Source: Oscillospiraceae bacterium (lineage in GTDB: Bacteria; Bacillota; Clostridia; Oscillospirales; Oscillospiraceae). Taken from it: a stretch of DNA of 64,000 nucleotides. Positions 56,999 to 64,000 of this stretch are shown here, piece after piece. A program made the translations under genes and the position numbers. Positions within the stretch are counted from its first letter, which is position 1. The number at the start of each line of letters is the position of its first letter. The notes under the pieces were generated by a model, which saw only the letters and a program-made list of their open reading frames with translations, was not told where the DNA came from and made no database searches. The stretch spans positions 5,935 through 69,934 of the forward strand of contig JAFTVV010000007.1 of the NCBI GenBank assembly GCA_017465625.1, in the 5' to 3' direction.

Positions 56999-57134
56999 AA
57001 AATCACTTCCTTTTCATATTGCCACTATGATAGCACTGCACTGCCAAAAAGTCCATTAAAATTTTATGAATTATTTGGGAAAACCCTTGACTTTTAAGTA
57101 AAAGATAGTAAAATAATCACGAATTGCATACAAG

Positions 57135-57224
57135 CCTTATCAAGAGTGGTGGAGGGAACGGCCCGATGAAACCCGGCAACCTGAGCAATCAAGGTGCCAA
57201 ATCCGGCGGCAACGACAGATGAGG
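57135..57224 (+). ncRNA. SAM-I (S-box) riboswitch
   Basis: CTTATCAAGAG..GGAGGGA..GGCCC.ATGAA.CC.GGCAACC..GGTGCCAA.TCC..GATGAGG upstream of metK; terminator at 57237-57272. Confidence 0.93.
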
Positions 57225-57339
57225 ATTCGATAGAACGCACATCGAGTCTTCGGTGTGCGATTTTTGTTTTTTGGCGCAGATGCGCCCTTTGCGGGAAAGC
57301 CTGCAAAGCAGAATATACCCAAAAGAAAGGATTTTAAAA

Positions 57340-58482
57340 GTGGAAAAGAGATTATTTACTTCTGAATGTGTTACCTGCGGTCACCCCGATAAGGTAGCGG
57401 ACTGCATCTCCGATGCAATTTTGGACGCCTGCCTGTCTCAGGATGCAGGCTCCCGTGTAGCTTGCGAAACCATGGTTACTACCGATTTTTGCCTGATCTG
57501 CGGTGAGATTACCACCAAGGCACAGGTGGATTATGCGGAGGTTGCCCGTCAGGTCATCCGTCAAATCGGTTACGTGTATCCCGGTGACGGCTTTGATGCG
57601 GATACAGTGGAGATCGTGTGCAAAATCCATACCCAGTCTGCGGATATTGCCTTGGGCACGAATGATGAGGTCGGCGGTGCAGGCGATCAGGGTATGATGT
57701 TTGGCGGTGCTTGCACCCATACACCGGAGCTGATGCCGCTGCCTGCTGCCCTGTCCCGTGCCCTGTCCAACCGTCTGACCGAGTGCATCCGCAGTAATGA
57801 CCTGCTCCGTGCCGACGGCAAGACCCAGGTATCCGTGGAATTTGATGATCAGAACCGCATCGTGGGTATTGATACCGTGGTGGTGTCTGTAATGCACAGC
57901 GCAGATTTTGAGATTGAGGAGCTGCGCCGTTATGTGCGCGAGGGCGTCATTGCACCGGTGCTGGCAATGTACGGCTTCAGCATCGACGATGTGAAGCACA
58001 TTCACATCAACCCCACCGGCAACTTCGTCATTGGCGGTCCCAACGGTGATACCGGACTGACCGGCCGCAAGATCATTGTGGACACCTACGGTGGCTACTT
58101 CTCCCACGGTGGCGGTGCATTTTCCGGCAAAGACCCCACCAAGGTGGATAGAAGCGGTGCATATATGGCGCGCTATATGGCAAAGAATCTGGTTGCTGCA
58201 GGTTTGGCAACTCAGGTGCAGGTGCAGTTGGCATACGCCATCGGCGTGGCAGAGCCGGTCTCTGTCCGCGTAGACAGCTACGGCACGGGCAAGGTGTCCG
58301 ATGAAAAGCTCACCGAGCTGTTGCGCAAGACTTGCGACCTGACACCTGCAGGCATTATCAAGAAGCTGGAGCTGCGTCGTCCCATCTATGGCAAGACCGC
58401 AATGGAAGGCCACTTCGGCGTAGACAGCCTGCCCTGGGAGCAGACCGATCTGGTCAGCAAGCTGCAAGCACTGGCAAATTAA
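57340..58482 (+). CDS. metK: S-adenosylmethionine synthetase
   Basis: [20 protein letters not shown]. Confidence 0.97.
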   Translation: MEKRLFTSECVTCGHPDKVADCISDAILDACLSQDAGSRVACETMVTTDFCLICGEITTKAQVDYAEVARQVIRQIGYVYPGDGFDADTVEIVCKIHTQSADIALGTNDEVGGAGDQGMMFGGACTHTPELMPLPAALSRALSNRLTECIRSNDLLRADGKTQVSVEFDDQNRIVGIDTVVVSVMHSADFEIEELRRYVREGVIAPVLAMYGFSIDDVKHIHINPTGNFVIGGPNGDTGLTGRKIIVDTYGGYFSHGGGAFSGKDPTKVDRSGAYMARYMAKNLVAAGLATQVQVQLAYAIGVAEPVSVRVDSYGTGKVSDEKLTELLRKTCDLTPAGIIKKLELRRPIYGKTAMEGHFGVDSLPWEQTDLVSKLQALAN

Positions 58483-58533
58483 GTAAAACGCCCGAGCAGA
58501 ATTGATCTGCTCGGGCGTTAAAATTATCGGCTG

Positions 58534-58899
58534 TTATTCGGCTACAGTCTCTGCATCGGGGGCGTTTTTCTTCACGCTGTCGATGCCGTTTTCACAGTTG
58601 GCCTTTGAGGTATAGCCCTCGGAGGTTGCAATAATCTCACCGTTTTTCGCCTTCAGACGGAAACGGTACTCTCCGGCCTTATCTGTAAAGATTTCGAATT
58701 TAGGGTGGCTGACGGTGACGATCGGCTCTACAGTCTGATCCTCAATGCCGCCAACGCAGTTGGCCTTTACGCTTTCAATGCCGTTGAGACATGCGGCCTT
58801 GGTGGAATAAACCTCAGATGTGGCGATCACCTGACCGTTGCCGGACTTCAAATCGAATTTAAATCCTGTTGCGGTTTCCTTTAATACGAATTTGCCCAT
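58534..58899 (-). CDS. YegP/DUF1508 tandem-domain protein
   Basis: Two repeats of LK..NG..IATSE.Y..KA.C.NGI.SVK. Confidence 0.85.
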   Translation of the reverse strand: MGKFVLKETATGFKFDLKSGNGQVIATSEVYSTKAACLNGIESVKANCVGGIEDQTVEPIVTVSHPKFEIFTDKAGEYRFRLKAKNGEIIATSEGYTSKANCENGIDSVKKNAPDAETVAE

Positions 58900-59100
58900 C
58901 GTTTTTTCCTCGGTTTCTTTATTTCAGGAACAATTTTGTTCGCTGTTTTCCTTTGCGTGATCGAAATGCACACGCAAAGCACAATTTTATCTTATAAAAA
59001 TCCTCATAGAAAATCAATCCCTTTCACATAAAATCACACGCAATTTCATATATTATGTATGGACGCAATAAACGGTCGAAGACGGTCGATATTTTAGTCC

Positions 59101-59129
59101 TTGACAAACAGTCCCCCTTGTGATACAAT
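59101..59129 (+). promoter_or_regulatory. Sigma-A promoter of tRNA-fMet
   Basis: TTGACA-17-TACAAT. Confidence 0.8.
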
Positions 59130-59179
59130 ACACAGGCACTCAGGAGTGCCCCGTGTTGCGGAACTGAGAAAATAAATAT

Positions 59180-59255
59180 CGCGGAGTAGAGCAGTTGGAA
59201 GCTCGTCGGGCTCATAACCCGGAGGTCGTAGGTTCGAGTCCTGCCTCCGCAACCA
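59180..59255 (+). tRNA. Initiator tRNA-fMet(CAT)
   Basis: C1.A72 mismatch, GGG/CCC anticodon stem, CTCATAA loop, CCA end. Confidence 0.95.
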
Positions 59256-59256
59256 T

Positions 59257-59293
59257 AAAAACCACCGTTTTTAATTCGAAAACGGTGGTTTTT
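59257..59293 (+). terminator. Terminator after tRNA-fMet
   Basis: AAAACCACCGTTTT..AAAACGGTGGTTTTT. Confidence 0.8.
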
Positions 59294-59416
59294 CTTACTT
59301 TTTTGGCGAATTTAAATCTATCAAACTTCGTTTGACACCAATTTTGACACCAACGCCATGTCCGGATTGGTGCTTATTTGTTTGGCTGTCGGAGATTCAT
59401 ATAATGTTTGGTTCCT

Positions 59417-60199
59417 TTAAACATCGAACTGCCACTTGTTATATGTTGACTTTCCATCCTTACAGTGAACATAGATTATACGCTTGTTCTCTATTAAAGA
59501 ACCGGATAAGTACCACTCAACAATGGGACCGTTTTCATAATATTTGTCCATCGTTCCGTCAAAGAAGATGTTTAATATTCCTTCGAAGCGAGGATTAGTA
59601 ATCTTGGTATCTTTAAGTAAAGAGTTGTGCATGTCGTCCCAATCGAATGGGATTACTCCAAATACTGCAGAATTTATGTCGATTTTGGTGTTTGGGAGGT
59701 ATATTGTTTCAAAGTTTGTACAGTTTCTAAAACAATATTCCCCGATATGTTTGACACCCTTTTCAATGATGAGTTCCACAATACCTGAACATCCGTCAAA
59801 GGCGTATGCACCAACTGTGTGGACATGAGAAGGAATCGTTACCTTTTTAAGCTTGGTCTGTCCACAAAAGGCAAAGGGGCCAATTTCTTTCACAAGTTCC
59901 GGGATCCTGGTTGTATAACAGCCAACCAGCAATACATGACTTGCTTTATCGATAATGGCGTTACAGTTGTTTTCACTTGTAAACCGAAGGTTATCTTCAT
60001 CAACTTCGATTGCCTCAAGGTTAGGGCACATGGAAAATGCCTCGGCACCTATCGTACTAACGTTTTTCCCTATGTGAATTTTCCTGATGCTTAAATCTCC
60101 TTTGTGCGCTTGTTCAGGTATTTTATCATCATCAATAAACAGAATTCCGTTGCTATCCATACATTTCCCTTCTTCCCTACTTTTGTAATTGGATTTCAT
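59417..60199 (-). CDS. BspA-type leucine-rich repeat protein
   Basis: Repeated V..IG..AF..C..L; start may be about 60160. Confidence 0.8.
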   Translation of the reverse strand: MKSNYKSREEGKCMDSNGILFIDDDKIPEQAHKGDLSIRKIHIGKNVSTIGAEAFSMCPNLEAIEVDEDNLRFTSENNCNAIIDKASHVLLVGCYTTRIPELVKEIGPFAFCGQTKLKKVTIPSHVHTVGAYAFDGCSGIVELIIEKGVKHIGEYCFRNCTNFETIYLPNTKIDINSAVFGVIPFDWDDMHNSLLKDTKITNPRFEGILNIFFDGTMDKYYENGPIVEWYLSGSLIENKRIIYVHCKDGKSTYNKWQFDV

Positions 60200-60258
60200 T
60201 ATATCACAAAACCTGAAGAAATCTATAGTTTTGACAACGTGGTTGACGCCAATAGATA

Positions 60259-61452
60259 TTAGGCAGAAGTGATGTTAGGGCTTGCTCCATAGAAGGAACT
60301 CATTTTGTCCATACTCTGTCTCTTATGATCCGGGAGGGCGTGAGCATAAAGGTTAAGTGTAGTGGATGCCTGTGCGTGGCCTAAGATGGAGGAAAGGACT
60401 TTGATATCCATACCGGCTTCCAGGGCTCTGGTGGCAAAAGTGTGTCGTAGGGCGTGAAAGTTGATATCAGGAATACCGGCGGCTTTCAGGGTTCTTTTGA
60501 ATAAGTCCTCATAGGTGCGTGGCTCATACACAAGGCCCAAAGGTGTGGAGAATATAGGGGTAGTTGGTGTTAAGGAAATTCCCTGTGACCGGAGTAGTTC
60601 TTGTTGCTTTTTGTAGTAAGTCATAAGGTCGTCCCAGACTTGGGAGAACAGAGGGATCGTCCGCTGCGCCGTTACTGACTTAGGAGATCTGGCAACGATC
60701 TCAGTAGTTGGAACGCCGGCGGTCTTAGGGATCAATTTTCCAGACTCGTCCACCTTCTGAAGTCGTCCAACTGTCCGTCTAATTCGGATGGTGTGATTCC
60801 TGTAATCCATATCACCCCATTGAAGCCCCAGCATTTCACCCATTCTGATACCGGTACTGAGGGTAAAGATAATACCGAATGTGGCTATCGTCTGGGACTC
60901 CTGGGCAGCCATATGGAGAGCATTTTGTTCTTCTTGGGTAAGAATAAGCATTTCCTTTTTGGCGACCTGGGGCAGCTTAACGCCCTGCAGGGGATTGCGT
61001 ACCAGGTATCCGTTAGTGACAGCCTGGTCAAGACAGTTGTGTAACATGTTATAGATATTCCTGAGGGACTTGGGAGAGAGGGATTGCTTCTTCTGATTGA
61101 AGAACCGTTGGAGTAGTTCGACGGTCAGGGTCGTTAGTCTGTTGGTTCCAAGTACAGGTTCCAGATGGAGTCGGACATAACCTTCATAGGAAATGTAAGT
61201 AGACTGTTTGACCGTTGGCAGGGCATAGGTGATCAACCATTCCCTGAGCCATTGGGACACAGTATAGCCAGATGGAGTAATATGAATTCCCTGATCTATT
61301 TTAGAAAGTGTTTCTGTTAACTGTACCCGGACTTCTTCAAATGTGGAACCATAGATAGCACGGCGCTTGTCTCCCATAGTGTATCGGGCCATATATCGTC
61401 CGTCTTTCCTTTTGACAATGGAACCCTCACCATTTGATTTCTTTTTGCCCAT
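60259..61452 (-). CDS. Tyrosine recombinase/integrase
   Basis: N-terminal GEGSI..RKDGRY, GIRMGEMLGL, HALRHTFAT, LGH..TLNLY. Confidence 0.95.
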   Translation of the reverse strand: MGKKKSNGEGSIVKRKDGRYMARYTMGDKRRAIYGSTFEEVRVQLTETLSKIDQGIHITPSGYTVSQWLREWLITYALPTVKQSTYISYEGYVRLHLEPVLGTNRLTTLTVELLQRFFNQKKQSLSPKSLRNIYNMLHNCLDQAVTNGYLVRNPLQGVKLPQVAKKEMLILTQEEQNALHMAAQESQTIATFGIIFTLSTGIRMGEMLGLQWGDMDYRNHTIRIRRTVGRLQKVDESGKLIPKTAGVPTTEIVARSPKSVTAQRTIPLFSQVWDDLMTYYKKQQELLRSQGISLTPTTPIFSTPLGLVYEPRTYEDLFKRTLKAAGIPDINFHALRHTFATRALEAGMDIKVLSSILGHAQASTTLNLYAHALPDHKRQSMDKMSSFYGASPNITSA

Positions 61453-61605
61453 TATTCAGTGACCTCCAAAGCTTGTGATTACTGAATATATCATATCGTG
61501 TTTTTGACCATTCGTAAGCGCCTTATTTCTGCCAAATTACATGAACAGCAATATTTTGCGCTCTGTTGTTGTTTAATATATTTTGAAATAGAAAGTGGAG
61601 CCGGT

Positions 61606-61977
61606 ATGGAGAATAAAGAGGACACTATTAATAAGATTGATAAAGTAACAGAAACATTAATTAAAGAGCTGGAAAGCTTAAGTGACGAAGGTCTGCATGA
61701 GTTCTTCATGTTTTTTTACAAGATGAATCATCAGCACGGAAATTTGATTACTGTGGATGAATTTGAAGAATTCCTTGAAACCTTTGATAATAATCCGTTC
61801 AAGGTAAATGAAGATAAGAAGTTTAGGAAACAGTTGATCGATAATGTTGTCGGGTATACTTATGATCATATGAGTCTACTGACTGCTGCAATTCTGATCA
61901 AAAAGAAATTTACGGTAGATGAAATAGTTCAAAATTACTACGCCAATGTCGATGTTTTCGGCAGCAGTTGGTATTGA
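61606..61977 (+). CDS. Hypothetical protein
   Basis: GGAG RBS, 123-aa acidic ORF. Confidence 0.55.
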   Translation: MENKEDTINKIDKVTETLIKELESLSDEGLHEFFMFFYKMNHQHGNLITVDEFEEFLETFDNNPFKVNEDKKFRKQLIDNVVGYTYDHMSLLTAAILIKKKFTVDEIVQNYYANVDVFGSSWY

Positions 61978-62173
61978 TTTCAGAGTGCTTTGATAGCGCA
62001 AAATATCAATAGTGCGGGGCTTTATAAAAGTAAAAGGCTGATGATTTTGGTAGATCATCAGCCTTTTGCAACTTTCAATATATGTATAAAAATATATATA
62101 AATAAATTTTTTTATTATATATATTATTTAATAATTATATATATTTATATAAAAAAAATTAATATATATTTTT

Positions 62174-63751
62174 TTAAAGTTTTAAAACCTCATTCCAGTT
62201 ATTAAAATCACAACCCAACTTGAATCTTACAAAACTTGTCCAAACCGCCAAAAGCACCATTCTTTCAAACTCTTCTTGCGACCCAAAACCCGCGCCATAG
62301 AAACAGTCATACACAAGCCACACTTTATACCCAGACTTAAGCAAGCTATGCAAAGTATCAATGTAGATACAAGACTCCACATAGAAAGTATAATTGTCAT
62401 GTCTCTTTTTTCCAATTACATTCTCCATTGCCCGGCGCAGATTAATCATATCTTGAGCAACCGAAGCTTCATCCATGCCTTCTTGATTCATTTTGTTCCA
62501 TGTATGTTGTGCAAGCTTGTTGTCAGTGCCATCAAAATAAACTCTGAAAAATAATTTTTTAATAGCCTCTCTTTCAAGTGCAAAATCCTCGTTTGTCCCA
62601 TCAGGAGCTACTTCCAAATATATTTTCTTATAAAGATCGACATCATCTTCTAGCCAGCCACCATGATTCAGGGCATAAGCAACTCTAGGAACAGAACTAG
62701 TAATGTCTTTTTCAAAGCAAAGACCATATTGAGCAAGCACATCAGCTCTTAGTCTTTGTTTGGACTCCGCATCCGTTGAATTATTATCCTTTTTAGCGCT
62801 ACATAATCTATTGCTGGCCCTAATGCCAATTCCAACTATTGACTTCTGCCTTTTTGTTTTTTCATTTTTAGCATTCTTGTTCCAGTGAAATTTGGGTCTA
62901 AATTTGATTTGGAATTCCTCCAGATCTTTATAGTATGTGTCATTGATTGTCTCTGCAATCTGTTGGTATATTCTAAACCCCGGATAGTTCTCATATAGCA
63001 TCTCATAAAGATCATTTTTAAACTGGCTAGGCTTAACTCCGGCAGGTCTTTTTAAGTTTAAGCTGGATTTAAATAAAACCCTTTTCTTAAACTGTTCAGG
63101 ATAGACCTCTTCACATCTTTTCTTGTATTCTTGAGTTTGCTTTGGTGATAATATCTGTTGGCTTTTAGGGACCATTTTCTGAATATTGTTTTCTTTACAA
63201 TATTGAAGCAACAGTCTTTCATTTTCTATGTAATAGCAGTATTGCTTACATATGCCCGTTTGGTAGTAATCGTTATAATCTTTAATCAGGCCAATTACTT
63301 TTAGTTCTTTTAACGCATTAGAGATATTCTTCTCAGATCCCCAGATATTCAACAACACGCTGGAGGTTGTTGCAATTGCCAAGACAGAACAGTATTCGCT
63401 GGATCTGAAATACTTTATGGTATCGATGAATGCCAAGTACTTACCGAAGCGATTCTGATACTTCTTCAGCGCACCAGGTTGGTTTAAATTAGGCGTTCCC
63501 GGTGAAAATACAGGTACTTCATATTCCTTAATAACCCTAAAGTCAATGTCATGCAAAGTTAATGCTTTCTCATCTTCAGCTGCTGAAAAATCGGCATCTA
63601 GATCAAAATCATCAAGTTCAACATCCAGATTTTCTCCACAAATATTAGCTTCAAGTTCCTTCAGCTTTTGCTCTCGAGACTGTCTTCTTTTCTCTTTCCC
63701 TACTTCTTCGAATTCCTTAATACGAGTCCATATGTCATTATATCTTCCCAA
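62174..63751 (-). CDS. Hypothetical protein with family-A polymerase-like motifs (candidate replication protein)
   Basis: KDITSSVPR, REAIKKLFFRVYFDG, VESCI, LVYDCFY in PolA motif A-B-C order. Confidence 0.5.
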   Translation of the reverse strand: MGRYNDIWTRIKEFEEVGKEKRRQSREQKLKELEANICGENLDVELDDFDLDADFSAAEDEKALTLHDIDFRVIKEYEVPVFSPGTPNLNQPGALKKYQNRFGKYLAFIDTIKYFRSSEYCSVLAIATTSSVLLNIWGSEKNISNALKELKVIGLIKDYNDYYQTGICKQYCYYIENERLLLQYCKENNIQKMVPKSQQILSPKQTQEYKKRCEEVYPEQFKKRVLFKSSLNLKRPAGVKPSQFKNDLYEMLYENYPGFRIYQQIAETINDTYYKDLEEFQIKFRPKFHWNKNAKNEKTKRQKSIVGIGIRASNRLCSAKKDNNSTDAESKQRLRADVLAQYGLCFEKDITSSVPRVAYALNHGGWLEDDVDLYKKIYLEVAPDGTNEDFALEREAIKKLFFRVYFDGTDNKLAQHTWNKMNQEGMDEASVAQDMINLRRAMENVIGKKRHDNYTFYVESCIYIDTLHSLLKSGYKVWLVYDCFYGAGFGSQEEFERMVLLAVWTSFVRFKLGCDFNNWNEVLKL

Positions 63752-64000
63752 TTGTTAGTCCCTGCCTTTCTGATGATTAGATTGTGATAATATGCTAAAT
63801 TAAATGAAGCCTAAATAGCACTGCCAAGGCTATACTATATATTACAGAAACGAAAAGTTTAAATCCTTATGAATAAAGAACCCAAATTTAAAAGCACAAT
63901 AAATCGTACTCTATATGAGAATTTAAGCAAACTCACCACTACTCAGTTTAAGATATTTTATGCTGCATTTGTACACTATTTTGTTGATTACAAATTCTTT

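Larger units (their letters stand above)
59300..64000. mobile_element. Integrative element next to tRNA-fMet (extends beyond window)
   Basis: Integrase transcribed toward the tRNA, shift to AT-rich sequence, arm-type repeats. Confidence 0.7.

Overview
Chromosomal window from a Clostridia-type Firmicute; gene content and style suggest Oscillospiraceae/Ruminococcaceae (inference). It is mostly housekeeping: malK/msmX, thyA-folA, trxA-trxB, ftsEX-M23-S41, greA-lysS, SAM-I riboswitch-metK, tRNA-Gly(CCC) and tRNA-fMet. The main signal is a 15-kb, single-strand, apparently intact siphovirus head-tail-lysis operon (22631-37725) between two host terminators. It has no integrase, repressor, replication genes or visible att repeats, and its small terminase seems to lack the N-terminal DNA-binding HTH. 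This makes it a candidate gene transfer agent or domesticated phage-like particle. Directly downstream is an ectB-like aminotransferase + MurT + GatD operon whose GatD has lost its catalytic Cys and His, suggesting a non-ammonia (diaminobutyrate) peptidoglycan modification. Other signals: branched palindromic 'fishbone' elements next to tRNA-Gly whose remnants precede genes of an AT-rich cassette-like array; a promoter-to-terminator unit with only mini-ORFs; an XRE-aminotransferase fusion with an internal RBS; REP-like repeats; a MITE-like insertion; and a tRNA-fMet-adjacent integrative element encoding a family-A-polymerase-like protein. All family assignments come from motif recognition by eye; no searches were run.
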